From assembly GCA_033551855.1 (NCBI GenBank), contig JAWSUI010000047.1, positions 1-28,655 on the forward strand: a stretch of 28,655 nt of DNA. Reading direction: 5' to 3'. The notes under the pieces are model-generated. The model made no database searches. It saw only the letters and a list, made by a program, of their open reading frames with translations, and had not been told where the DNA came from. The stretch comes from Deferrisomatales bacterium (GTDB lineage Bacteria > Desulfobacterota > Deferrisomatia > Deferrisomatales > JACRMM01). Shown piece by piece: positions 18,309-27,329 of the stretch (the stretch's first letter is position 1; every line of letters starts with the position of its first letter). Both the position numbers and the translations under genes were made by a program.

Positions 18309-19601
18309 ATGGCGTTCGGCTGGTTCTCCGGGAAGAAGGACCCGGCGGGCAGGTCCCTGGAGAAGGCGGACAAGCTCGCGGGCCAGGGCCGTTGGGCCGA
18401 GGCCCTCTCCTACTACGAAGACGCCCTGGAGGCGCAGCCCGGCTGGGAGCCGGCGGCCGGTGGGGTCCGCACCTGCCGGGAGCGCCTCGTGGCCTGGAAC
18501 CTGGAGGAGGCCCAGGGCTACGCGAACGCAGAGGACCTGCCGAAGGCGCAGGAGCACGCGGCGCTCGCCCTGGAGCTGGCCGGGGAGCATCCCGAGCTCC
18601 GGCGCCGCGCCCAGGAGGCCCTGGACCGCCTCGGCTCGGGGGCCCCGGAGGCGCCGGCCCCCGGCCGGGCGGCGGAGCGCCTCTTCCCCCCCTCCTGCGC
18701 CTGCCCGGCCCCCTCCTGTGCCACCGGCGGGCAGGGCGAGACCGACGAGGACCTGGCTTCCGTGGACGACCTCTTCGGGTTCTACCTGGAGAGCCTCTCC
18801 GCCGAGGAGCGAGAGGCCTTCGAGCACCTCGGGGACGGCTTCGCCGAGGCCTTCGTCCACCTCCAGCAGGGGGAGACCGACCGAGCCCGCCCGGGGCTCG
18901 AGGAGGCGGCCCGGGCTCACCCGGACGCTCCGGGGCCCCACTACGCCCTAGGCCTCCTGGCGGCGCTGGACAAGGACGTGGAGGCTGCCGAGGGTCACTT
19001 CCTCCGGGCCCTCGGCGCCGACCCGGACTTCTCCCCGGCCGCCCACCACCGGGCCGACGTGCTCCGGGAGCGGGGAAGACCCGGGGAGGGCGCTGCGTTC
19101 CTGCGGGAGTGGCTGAAGGGACACCCCGAAGACGGGGAGGCGTGGGTGCTGCTCGCCGCCGGCTCGTTCGAGGCCGGGGACCCGGCACCCGCCCTGGAGG
19201 CGGCCGAGGAAGCCGTACGCCGGGTGGGCCCCGCCGACCCCCGGCCCACCCTCTGGAAGGCCCGGGCCCTCCGGGAGCTCCGGCGGCCGGACGAGGCCCT
19301 CGAGGCCTTCCAGACCGTAGCGGCCCGGCACCGGGACCTCCTGGAGGCCCTGGTCCCCCTCGGACAGCTCCTGCTGGAGAAGGGAGCCGGGACCGCGGAG
19401 AAAGCGGCGGAAGTCTTCAAGCGCTGCTACCGCCTGGACGGGGACCGGGGCTGGTGGTACCTGCTGCGGGTGGCCGAGGCCTACGCGGCAAAGGGTTGGA
19501 AGCCGGAGGCACGGGACGTCCTGGCCACCGCCCGCCGGGAGCTGCCCGACACCGAGGAGGCCCTCGCCCAGTGGGACGTGGTCAGTCGCAGGGTAACCTG
19601 A
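18309..19601 (+). CDS. Tetratricopeptide repeat protein
   Basis: GGGAGG RBS at 18298-18303; several TPR-like repeats (e.g. PHYALGLLAALDKDVEAAEGHFLRALGADPDF); central Cys cluster SCACPAPSC. Confidence 0.85.
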   Translation: MAFGWFSGKKDPAGRSLEKADKLAGQGRWAEALSYYEDALEAQPGWEPAAGGVRTCRERLVAWNLEEAQGYANAEDLPKAQEHAALALELAGEHPELRRRAQEALDRLGSGAPEAPAPGRAAERLFPPSCACPAPSCATGGQGETDEDLASVDDLFGFYLESLSAEEREAFEHLGDGFAEAFVHLQQGETDRARPGLEEAARAHPDAPGPHYALGLLAALDKDVEAAEGHFLRALGADPDFSPAAHHRADVLRERGRPGEGAAFLREWLKGHPEDGEAWVLLAAGSFEAGDPAPALEAAEEAVRRVGPADPRPTLWKARALRELRRPDEALEAFQTVAARHRDLLEALVPLGQLLLEKGAGTAEKAAEVFKRCYRLDGDRGWWYLLRVAEAYAAKGWKPEARDVLATARRELPDTEEALAQWDVVSRRVT

Positions 19602-19671
19602 CCCTGCCGCGCCTCCTCTCGGCAAGCGCGCCCCCTCCGACGCGCCCGAACGGGCCCTGCGGGCCCCCCGG

Positions 19672-20136
19672 CTACTGCTGGATCTTCCAGGACCCGTCGG
19701 GCTGGCGGCAGGCGGTGCCGTAGGCCTGCTGCACCTGACCGCCCACGACCACCTCGGTCTGGTACTCCCGGCAGTACTGCCCGGAGGCCACCTGGTACGT
19801 CCGAGTGGGGGTCACGGCCACGGTGTTGCCCGAGTCCGGGTTGACCCACTGGGACCTCTGGCCGGTCTGGTTGACCTCCAGCACTTGCTGGGCCATGAGC
19901 TCGTCGGTCCGGTCGATGGACCGCCCGATCTCCTGCCCGATCACGGCCCCCAGGATGGTCCCGGCGATGATGGCCGCCGTGCGGCCGTGGCCGCCGCCCA
20001 CCTGGGCGCCGAGGATGCCGCCGCCCACCCCGCCGAGGACCGTCCCGATCTCCGCCTTCTTCGGCGGGGCGGAACAAGCCGCCAGGGAAACGGCCAACAG
20101 CGGTACCAGGATCCAACGACTCTTTACACTCTTCAC
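19672..20136 (-). CDS. Glycine-zipper lipoprotein, 17-kDa surface antigen (RT0821/Lpp0805-like)
   Basis: AAGGAG RBS and GTG start; lipobox LAAC; glycine zipper GTVLGGVGGGILGAQVG; WVNPDSG, YCREYQ, YGTACRQPDGSW. Confidence 0.9.
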   Translation of the reverse strand: MKSVKSRWILVPLLAVSLAACSAPPKKAEIGTVLGGVGGGILGAQVGGGHGRTAAIIAGTILGAVIGQEIGRSIDRTDELMAQQVLEVNQTGQRSQWVNPDSGNTVAVTPTRTYQVASGQYCREYQTEVVVGGQVQQAYGTACRQPDGSWKIQQ

Positions 20137-20218
20137 GGCGCTCTCCTTCTCAGAGCCTGGGAAACCACCTGCTGCGCGACCGGATGGATTCGTGGCGCAA
20201 TCCCCACAAGGAAACCCG

Positions 20219-20327
20219 CCTTCCTTCCATCCCCTCTCCCCCCGGGAGAGGGGCCCGGGGTGAGGGCGACCGGTCGGCGTTTCACCCCTCGGGGTGACCC
20301 GAAGGTCATGGGCAACCCCCTGCTCGC
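20219..20327 (+). repeat. Composite repeat: family C hairpin (CCCCTCTCCC-CCC-GGGAGAGGGG..GGGGTGAGGG) plus family B copy 2
   Basis: Near-identical inverted copy at 21071-21191. Confidence 0.9.
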
Positions 20328-20514
20328 CTCTCCGCCTGCCGTGTCTCTTCGTTCGCCCACGCGCCCCTGCTCTCCGGTCTGCTCGCGACGATCCGTTCCC
20401 GGGCTCCGGGGACTCCGCTTTCGATGCAGACCACTGTGCCACCGCGCACCCGCTGCGGCAACCGGCGGCATCCGCCGCCCACGCCCTTGGGATGCTCCGC
20501 GGCCCCCGGGCGTT

Positions 20515-20853
20515 TCAGGTCCGCGGGACGACGCAGAGAAACCGCAGTCCCTCGTCCTCGGCCGCACGGAACTGATGGATCACCCCGGGCCGCACGTACA
20601 CCACGTCCCCGGGTCCCACGGGCTCCGTCCGCCCGTCTTCCTCGTGCACCCCCCGTCCGGACAGCACGAAGACCTCGTGCTCGAAGTCGTGGGAGTGGTG
20701 AGGGCTGTGCCCGCCGGGGGCCACGTCGAAGACCCTCATCACGAAGTTCGGGGCTCCCTGATCGGGCCCGACCGCCACCCGCATCCGAACCCCCTGGGCG
20801 CCCTCGGCCTCCACCTCGTGATCCGCGATCTGCTCCACGTGCCCTACCCGCAT
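20515..20853 (-). CDS. Cupin domain protein
   Basis: GAPNFVMRVFDVAPGGHSPHHSHDFEHEVFVLSGRG; PGDVVYVRPGVIHQF. Confidence 0.92.
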   Translation of the reverse strand: MRVGHVEQIADHEVEAEGAQGVRMRVAVGPDQGAPNFVMRVFDVAPGGHSPHHSHDFEHEVFVLSGRGVHEEDGRTEPVGPGDVVYVRPGVIHQFRAAEDEGLRFLCVVPRT

Positions 20854-21008
20854 CGGCGTCTCTCCCGTCGTTGGCCCCCGGAACCGCCGGACTCCCGTTT
20901 CAGGGTATCCCAACGGCGCAAGACGGTTCAATCCCGGCCACCCGCATCCCGGCCACCCGCAGGACCACTCGGAGACAAGGGGCCCCCGGGTTCAGCGGCA
21001 CGCGTGGG

Positions 21009-21289
21009 GCGGAGTCCGGGAGCCCCGGAGTGCAGCCCCGCACCGCATCCACCGACCCGACGAGGCCGACGCGAGCGGGTGAGTTGCCCATGACCTTCGG
21101 GTCACCCCGAGGGGTGAAACGCCGACCATTCGCGGGACGTTTGCCCTCACCCCAGGCCCCTCTCCCGGGGGGAGAGGGGATGTAAGGAAGGTGGCTTCGT
21201 TCATAGGCCCGGCGCACCGGGTGCTGCTGGGACACTTCTTCGAATTGGCGCGGATTGCGGGGCGAAACCCAGGGGCTCCCGGACTCCGC
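21009..21289. repeat. Family A hairpin element with a family B+C repeat nested inside
   Basis: Perfect 18-bp inverted arms GCGGAGTCCGGGAGCCCC (21009-21026 / 21272-21289); the arm sequences match the 17.4-18.0 kb units; the B+C copy is at 21071-21191. Confidence 0.85.
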
Positions 21290-21430
21290 TCGCCGACCAG
21301 CCGGTAGGTCCAGGCCTGTCATACCGGTTGCCGCCCCCCCCGGCCCTCTGGGATACTGGGGCGGCCGGGATGCCCCGCCGCCAGGCCTCCCGACCCGCTC
21401 CCCCTGGGCAAGCCTCCGAGGACACTCCGA

Positions 21431-22231
21431 ATGACCGCCCCGCAGCCCACCACGGACCCGCTGGTGATCGCCGGCCGGGCCTTCCGCTCCCGCCTGCTGG
21501 TGGGGACGGGAAAGTTTTCCAGCCCCCAAGCCATGACCGCCGCGATCGAGGCCTCCGGCGCCGAGATCGTCACGGTGGCCCTCCGCCGGGTCGACCTCAC
21601 CCGGCCCGAAGAGGACATCCTCACCCACCTGGACCGCTCCCGGCTGCTGCTCCTCCCCAACACCTCCGGGGCTCGGGACGCCGAAGAGGCCGTGCGCCTG
21701 GCCCGCCTGGCCCGGGCCGCCGGCCTGTCCGACTGGGTGAAACTGGAGGTGACTCCCGATCCCCGCCACCTCCTCCCCGATCCCGTGGACACCCTTCGGG
21801 CCGCCGAGATCCTGGTGCGCGAGGGCTTCACCGTGTTGCCCTACATCGGCGCGGACCCGGTGCTCGCCTTGCGCCTCCAGGAGGTCGGCACCGCGACCGT
21901 GATGCCCCTGGGCTCCCCGATCGGCTCCAACCGCGGCCTGCGCACGCGGGATGCGGTGGCGATCATCGTCGAGCAGGCCCGGGTGCCGGTGGTGGTGGAC
22001 GCGGGCCTCGGGGCCCCCTCCCACGCCGCCGAGGCCATGGAGCTTGGGGCGGCGGCCGTCCTGGTGAACACCGCCATCGCCGTCGCGGGTGACCCCCCCG
22101 CCATGGCGCGGGCGTTTCGCAAGGGCGTGGAGGCCGGCCGCGAGGCCTTCCTGGCAGGCGCGCCCGCACCCGCGCCTGCCCTCGAAGCGCACCCGTCGAG
22201 CCCCCTGACGGGCTTTCTGTGGCAGACGTGA
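21431..22231 (+). CDS. thiG: Thiazole synthase
   Basis: [58 protein letters not shown]. Confidence 0.97.
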   Translation: MTAPQPTTDPLVIAGRAFRSRLLVGTGKFSSPQAMTAAIEASGAEIVTVALRRVDLTRPEEDILTHLDRSRLLLLPNTSGARDAEEAVRLARLARAAGLSDWVKLEVTPDPRHLLPDPVDTLRAAEILVREGFTVLPYIGADPVLALRLQEVGTATVMPLGSPIGSNRGLRTRDAVAIIVEQARVPVVVDAGLGAPSHAAEAMELGAAAVLVNTAIAVAGDPPAMARAFRKGVEAGREAFLAGAPAPAPALEAHPSSPLTGFLWQT

Positions 22232-23370
22232 GCTTCGCGTCCCACCTCGCCTCCCAGCCACTGGCGCGGCACCTGCGGCACGCGACGGAGGCCGCCCCGG
22301 CCGACGTGGAGAGGGCCCTCGCACGCGACGAAGTTGGCCTCGACGGGTTCCTGGCCCTGGTCTCCCCCGCCGCCCGGGCCTACCTGGAGCCTCTGGCCGC
22401 CCGGGCCCGAGAGCTGACCCATCGGCGCTTCGGGCGCGTGGTGCAGCTGTACGCGCCCCTCTATGTCTCGAACGAGTGCACGAACACCTGCCGGTACTGC
22501 GGTTTCAGCGCCCGCAACCCCATACGGCGCACCACCCTGGGCCCGGAGAGGGTGGAGGAGGAGGCCCGGGCGATCTGGGAGCAGGGCTTTCGCAGCCTCC
22601 TCCTGGTCTCGGGCGAGGCACCCCGGGTGGTGCCCCCCGCGTACCTGGAGGACCTGGCGCGGCGCCTGCACGCCCTCTTCCCGAGTCTCTCCGTGGAGGT
22701 CTACCCCCTGGACGTGGACGGGTACCGGCGCCTGGCGGCCGCCGGGATCGACGGCCTCACCGTGTACCAGGAGACCTACGACCCGGCGCTCTATGCCGAG
22801 TGCCACCCCTCCGGCAGAAAGGCCGACTACGGGTGGCGGCTGGGTGCCCCGGAGCGGGGCGCCACGGCCGGCCTGCGCCGGGTGGGCCTCGGTGCCCTCC
22901 TGGGGCTCGGGCCCTGGCGGGCTGAGGCCGTGGGGCTTGCCCTCCACGCCCTGTGGCTCCAACGGGTCCACTGGCGCACCCAGGTCTGCGTCTCCTTCCC
23001 CCGCCTGCGGCCGGCCGAGGGCGCCCTCGCCCCTCCCGCGCCCGTCCCGGACGCCGACCTCGTCCAGCTCGCCTGCGCGCTGCGCCTCCTCCTGCCCGAC
23101 GCGGGGCTGGTCCTGTCCACCCGGGAGGCGGCGCCCCTTCGGGACGCCCTGGCCCGGATCTGCATCACCCACATGAGCGCCGGCTCCCGCACCGAGCCCG
23201 GAGGCTACACCCGGCCGGCCGAGAGCGGCGAGCAGTTCGCCGTGGAGGACCGCAGGCCCCCCGCCGAGGTGGCCCGCCGGCTGGTCGAGGCCGGCCTGGA
23301 ACCGGTCTGGAAGGACTGGGACGCCGTGTTCACGCCCGCAGAAGGAGCCCCGCCATGCGCATCGCCGTGA
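22228..23370 (+). CDS. thiH: 2-iminoacetate synthase (radical SAM)
   Basis: [19 protein letters not shown] (CxxxCxxC), [32 protein letters not shown] at 22228 overlaps the thiG stop; GTG at 22219 is an alternative start. Confidence 0.95.
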   Translation: MSFASHLASQPLARHLRHATEAAPADVERALARDEVGLDGFLALVSPAARAYLEPLAARARELTHRRFGRVVQLYAPLYVSNECTNTCRYCGFSARNPIRRTTLGPERVEEEARAIWEQGFRSLLLVSGEAPRVVPPAYLEDLARRLHALFPSLSVEVYPLDVDGYRRLAAAGIDGLTVYQETYDPALYAECHPSGRKADYGWRLGAPERGATAGLRRVGLGALLGLGPWRAEAVGLALHALWLQRVHWRTQVCVSFPRLRPAEGALAPPAPVPDADLVQLACALRLLLPDAGLVLSTREAAPLRDALARICITHMSAGSRTEPGGYTRPAESGEQFAVEDRRPPAEVARRLVEAGLEPVWKDWDAVFTPAEGAPPCASP

Positions 23371-23555
23371 ACGGAGTCGAACGGGAGGCCGCCCCGGGGC
23401 TCACCGTGCTCGAGCTGCTCCGGGAGCTCCGGCTGGACCCCGAGGCGGTGGTGGTCGAGCGAAACGGGGAGGTGGCGGCCCGACGGGACCTCGGTCGGAT
23501 GACCCTGCAGGAGGGCGACCGCTTGGAGCTGGTGCGCTTCGTGGGGGGCGGCTGA
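23355..23555 (+). CDS. thiS: Sulfur carrier protein ThiS
   Basis: 66 aa, [11 protein letters not shown]...VVVERNGE...GDRLELVRFVGGG with C-terminal GG; AAGGAG RBS. Confidence 0.95.
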   Translation: MRIAVNGVEREAAPGLTVLELLRELRLDPEAVVVERNGEVAARRDLGRMTLQEGDRLELVRFVGGG

Positions 23556-24280
23556 TGGCCGCCGGCCCCGCAGACCCCACCCCGGCGGAGCGGTCTCGGG
23601 CGATCCAGGCCATGTTCTCGGCCATCGCGCCTACGTACGACCTGCTCAACCGGCTCCTGAGCTTCGGGGTGGACGGGAGCTGGAGGAGGGCCCTGGCCGG
23701 GCGCCTCCCCGAGGGTTCGCCCCGGGTCCTGGACCTGGCCTGCGGCACCGGGGACGTCACCCTCGCGGCCCTCCGGGCGCGCCCGGAAGGCCGGGTGTGG
23801 GGGGCGGACTTCAGCCTGCCCATGCTGCGGGGAGCCCTGCCGAAGCTGGCCCAGGCCGGGGTCTCGGACCGGGTCACCCTCCAGAACGCGTCGGCCGAGG
23901 ACCTACCCTACCGGGACGGGGTCTTCGACGCCGTCACCATCGCCTTCGGCATCCGCAACGTCGTGCGGCGGGAACGGGCCCTGGAGGAGCTCCGCCGCGT
24001 GCTCGTGCCGGGGGGGCTGGCGCTCATCCTGGACTTCTCCCTGCCCGAGAACCCGCTGGCCCGGGCCGGGTACGGGTTCTACTTCCACCGGGTGCTGCCG
24101 TTCCTGGGGGGGGTGGTTTCGGGAAACTTCCGGGCGTACCGCTACCTGCCGCGGAGCGTCGCCGATTTCCCGCCCCGCCGGGAGTTCTGCCGGCTCCTCG
24201 AGGAGCAGGGGTTCACCTCGGTGGGGTACGAGGACTTCACCTTCGGGGTGGCGACCCTCTACCGGGCCGTCAAGCCCTGA
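23555..24280 (+). CDS. ubiE: Demethylmenaquinone/ubiquinone C-methyltransferase (UbiE/MenG)
   Basis: MFSAIAPTYDLLNRLLSFG, VLDLACGTGD, FDAVTIAFGIRNV, AYRYLPRSV. Confidence 0.93.
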   Translation: MAAGPADPTPAERSRAIQAMFSAIAPTYDLLNRLLSFGVDGSWRRALAGRLPEGSPRVLDLACGTGDVTLAALRARPEGRVWGADFSLPMLRGALPKLAQAGVSDRVTLQNASAEDLPYRDGVFDAVTIAFGIRNVVRRERALEELRRVLVPGGLALILDFSLPENPLARAGYGFYFHRVLPFLGGVVSGNFRAYRYLPRSVADFPPRREFCRLLEEQGFTSVGYEDFTFGVATLYRAVKP

Positions 24281-24309
24281 CGGGAGCCCTCGATCCGGCG
24301 CCACGCACC

Positions 24310-25728
24310 CTACCTCTCCAGCCCGCACTCCCGGATCTTGTAGAGGAGGGTCTTGTAGCTCACGTCCAGGATCTTCGACGCCTTGCGCCGATTCCAGTTG
24401 GTGTGCTCCAAGACCGCGGCGATCATGCGGCGCTCGGCTTCGGTGGCCGCCTTGCGGGCGATCTCCTTGAGGGAGATCGTCTTGCCCGACTCCAGATCGA
24501 GGTCGTCGAGGACCGAGCGCTCCTCGGGGGACACCGGGGAGGGCACCGCCGGGGAGACGTTGCGGCCCTTGAACTCGCTGAAGATGAACCGCTCGTCATC
24601 CAGGATCACGAGGCGCTTGACCAGGTTCTCCAGCTCCCGCACGTTCCCCGGCCAATCGTAGGAGAGGAAGTAGGCCATGAGCTGGTCGGAGACCTCCACC
24701 CGCGTCCGGCCGTACTTCTCGGAGAACTTGTGCAGGAAATAGCGGGTCAGGAGGGGGATGTCCTCCCGGCGCTCCCTCAGGGCCGGCACCCGGATGTTCA
24801 CCACGTTGAGGCGGTAGTACAGGTCCTCCCGGAACTGGCGGGCCTCGACGGCCTTGCGCAGGTCCCGGTTGGTGGCGCAGACCACCCGCACGTCCACCCG
24901 CAGGGGCTCGTTTCCCCCGAGCCGGCAGAACTCCCGGTCCTGGAGCACCTGGAGGAGCTTCGACTGGAGGGCCAGGCTGATCTCCCCGATCTCGTCCAGG
25001 AAGATGGTGCCCCCGCTGGCGTACTCGAACTTTCCTTCCTTGCGCTTGAGCGCCCCGGTGAAGGCGCCCTTCTCGTACCCGAAGAGCTCGCTCTCCAGCA
25101 GATCGGGAGGCAGGGCGGCGCAGTTCACCTTGACCCAACGGCCCTCGGCCCGAGAGGAGTGGCGGTGCAGCCGGCGGGCCACCAACTCCTTGCCCACCCC
25201 GCTCTCCCCGTCCACGAGCACGGTCACGTCGGTGTCGGCGATGTTGTCCAGGAGCTCCTTCATCTCCTGCAGGGCCCGGCTCACCCCGACGATCGGGTCG
25301 ATGGCCTCCTGGGCTCGCAGCTGGGCCCGCAGGCGATGGATCTCCTCGGTGAGACGGCGGCGCTCCAGGGCCTTTTCCAGGGCCATCTGGAGCTCGTCGG
25401 CCTCGAAGGCCTTGTCGATGTAATCGTAGGCGCCGGCCTTCATGGCCCGCACCACGGTGGAGGTCTGCCCCACCCCCGAGAGCATGATGACCGGGAGCTC
25501 CGGGTCCCGGTCCTTGAGCTGGGCCAGGGTCTCGATGCCGTCCATGCCGGGCATCATGATGTCTAGGATCACGGCGTCGGGCCTGAGGCCGTTCTCCATG
25601 CGGGCGAGGGCCTCCACGCCGCCGGGGGCGGACTCCACCCGATACCCCTCCAGGGAGAGCAGGCTGCCCAGGTAATCCCGCACCCCGGAGTCGTCATCCA
25701 CCACCATGATGGTGGCCTCATCCGCCAT
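24310..25728 (-). CDS. Sigma-54-dependent response regulator (NtrC/AtoC family: REC-AAA-Fis HTH)
   Basis: VVDDD and LDIMMP receiver motifs; GESGVGKE; ESELFGYEKGAFTGA; FLDEIGE; WPGNVRELEN; C-terminal HTH. Confidence 0.95.
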   Translation of the reverse strand: MADEATIMVVDDDSGVRDYLGSLLSLEGYRVESAPGGVEALARMENGLRPDAVILDIMMPGMDGIETLAQLKDRDPELPVIMLSGVGQTSTVVRAMKAGAYDYIDKAFEADELQMALEKALERRRLTEEIHRLRAQLRAQEAIDPIVGVSRALQEMKELLDNIADTDVTVLVDGESGVGKELVARRLHRHSSRAEGRWVKVNCAALPPDLLESELFGYEKGAFTGALKRKEGKFEYASGGTIFLDEIGEISLALQSKLLQVLQDREFCRLGGNEPLRVDVRVVCATNRDLRKAVEARQFREDLYYRLNVVNIRVPALRERREDIPLLTRYFLHKFSEKYGRTRVEVSDQLMAYFLSYDWPGNVRELENLVKRLVILDDERFIFSEFKGRNVSPAVPSPVSPEERSVLDDLDLESGKTISLKEIARKAATEAERRMIAAVLEHTNWNRRKASKILDVSYKTLLYKIRECGLER

Positions 25729-25940
25729 GAATACCCTCGATCCGCACACCCCGCGCGGTTTGCCGCCGGGGAGCCCGGTCAGCGCAGCCCCTCTTCCAAA
25801 CGTCTTACTCTTCGGCCGGGCCCGGCCGGCCTTTAGAAATGCTACCGATCGCAGGACCGTGGGAAGGTCGGCGGGTCGTCACGACCGCCCGGCGGGTTCG
25901 CGGTTGGGGGGGAGGGGTCTTCGGGGACGGGGCGAGCCCC

Positions 25941-26216
25941 TCAGGAATCGACGCGGACCTTGAGCTCCTTGCCCACCTTGAAGAACGGGAGCTTCTTCTC
26001 CGGCACGTGGATCTTCTCCCCGGTCTTGGGGTTGCGGCCCACGTAGGCGTCGTACTGCTTGTTGACGAAGCTCCCGAAGCCGCGGATCTCGATCCGCTCG
26101 TCGTGCAGGATGGCCTGGACGAACGTGTCGAAGAAGGTGTTGACCACCTCCTTGGCCGCCTTCACCGGCAGGCCGCCCCCCTCCGCCAGCGCCTTGACGA
26201 GCTCCGATTTGTTCAT
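25941..26216 (-). CDS. ihfB: Integration host factor beta / HU family DNA-binding protein
   Basis: MNKSELV...RIEIRGFGSF...GRNPKTGE...PFFKVGKELK. Confidence 0.88.
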   Translation of the reverse strand: MNKSELVKALAEGGGLPVKAAKEVVNTFFDTFVQAILHDERIEIRGFGSFVNKQYDAYVGRNPKTGEKIHVPEKKLPFFKVGKELKVRVDS

Positions 26217-26252
26217 CCGCGTCTCCCACCCCGCCTTGCCGGGGCCAAAGGA

Positions 26253-26329
26253 TGGTGCCCCCGGCAGGACTCGAACCTGCGGCACCAGGATTAGGAATCC
26301 TGTGCTCTATCCACCTGAGCTACGGGGGC
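26253..26329 (-). tRNA. tRNA-Arg (anticodon CCT)
   Basis: GCCCCCGTAGCTCAGGTGGATAGAGCACAGGATT-CCT-AATCCTGGTGCCGCAGGTTCGAGTCCTGCCGGGGGCACCA; 77 nt, full cloverleaf, encoded CCA. Confidence 0.97.
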
Positions 26330-26350
26330 GCCCGCACTCGGACGGGCGCG

Positions 26351-26379
26351 ATGCTAGATGCCGAGGCTGCCAAAGTCAA
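26351..26379 (-). promoter_or_regulatory. Putative sigma70 promoter for tRNA-Arg and ihfB
   Basis: Minus strand TTGACT, 17-bp spacer, TAGCAT, followed by a GC-rich discriminator. Confidence 0.65.
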
Positions 26380-26411
26380 GTATTGTTTGGGTTTTCCGGT
26401 TGCGCACCCCC

Positions 26412-26441
26412 TTGACGCGGGCCCTCCCCCGACCGTATACA
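26412..26441 (+). promoter_or_regulatory. Putative divergent sigma70 promoter for the PHP gene
   Basis: TTGACG, 18-bp spacer, TATACA. Confidence 0.45.
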
Positions 26442-26473
26442 GGGCCGCTCCGCCCCTTTCCTCCGAGAGCTCC

Positions 26474-27319
26474 ATGGTCGACCTCCACATCCACACCACC
26501 TGCTCCGACGGCGGTCTCACCCCCCGGCAGGTGGTCGGCTACGCCGTCGAGCGCAGGCTCACCGCCGTCGCGATCACCGATCACGACAGCATCGAGGGAA
26601 ACGACGAGGCGGTGGCGGCGGGCCGGGAGGCCGGGCTTCCCGTGGTGCCCGGGGTCGAGATCTCGACCCAGTGGGAGGGGATCACCTTCCACCTCCTGGG
26701 TTACGGGCTGCGCCGCCTCACGGACCGGGTGCGCGGCACCTTCCGGTTCCTCGTGGAGAGCCGCCACCAGCGCAACCCCCGCATGATCCGGCGGCTGCAG
26801 GAGCTCGGGGTGGACATTACCCTCGAAGAGGTCCTGGCCGAGGCCGGTGACTCCCTGGTGGGCCGGCCCCACTTCGCCCGGGTCCTCGTCCGCAAGGGGG
26901 CGGTCGGCTCCCTGCAGCAGGCCTTCGACCGCTATCTCGGCCGCGGGGCACCCGCCTACGTGCACAAGGAGCGGCTCACCCCGGCCCAGTCCGCGGAGCT
27001 CCTCCGCGAGGCAGGCGGCCTCCTCGTGCTCGCCCACCCCGGCCTCCTCGACGGGGAACGCCCGGGGGCGCTCGCGGGGGTTCTGGAGCACCTGCTCCCC
27101 CTCGGCCTCGCGGGCATCGAGGCCTACTACAGCCGCCACAACCCGGAGCAGGTCGCCCGCTACGGAGAGCTGGCCCGGCGCCACGGCCTCCTCCTCACCG
27201 GCGGGAGCGACTTCCACCGCCCGGGGGAGGGCGGGCCGGAGATGGGCACCGGCTATGGGGGGCTACGGGTCCCCGACGAGTGCTACCACGCCTTGATGGA
27301 GCGCCTCGCCTCCTCGTGA
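26474..27319 (+). CDS. PHP domain phosphoesterase (YciV/TrpH-like)
   Basis: DLHIHTTCSDG, AITDHDS, PGVEIS, GRPHFA, LAHP, GGSDFH. Confidence 0.92.
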   Translation: MVDLHIHTTCSDGGLTPRQVVGYAVERRLTAVAITDHDSIEGNDEAVAAGREAGLPVVPGVEISTQWEGITFHLLGYGLRRLTDRVRGTFRFLVESRHQRNPRMIRRLQELGVDITLEEVLAEAGDSLVGRPHFARVLVRKGAVGSLQQAFDRYLGRGAPAYVHKERLTPAQSAELLREAGGLLVLAHPGLLDGERPGALAGVLEHLLPLGLAGIEAYYSRHNPEQVARYGELARRHGLLLTGGSDFHRPGEGGPEMGTGYGGLRVPDECYHALMERLASS

Positions 27320-27329
27320 CCTCGAGAGG

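Noticed and set aside
21083..21120. Family B resembles a CRISPR repeat (38 nt, GTT...GAAAC)
   Set aside because: Copies are solitary, far apart and in both orientations, with no repeat-spacer periodicity.
20276..21123. Integron attC sites around the cupin
   Set aside because: The ends (GGGCAAC/GTTGCCC) do not fit RYYYAAC/GTTRRRY, the copies are inverted rather than direct, and there is no integrase.
21083..21123. Hammerhead ribozyme in family B (stem followed by GAAAC)
   Set aside because: The CUGANGA core is absent.
26253..26329. tRNA-Arg as an integration site
   Set aside because: I saw no duplicated tRNA 3' end and no integrase in the window; ihfB follows directly.
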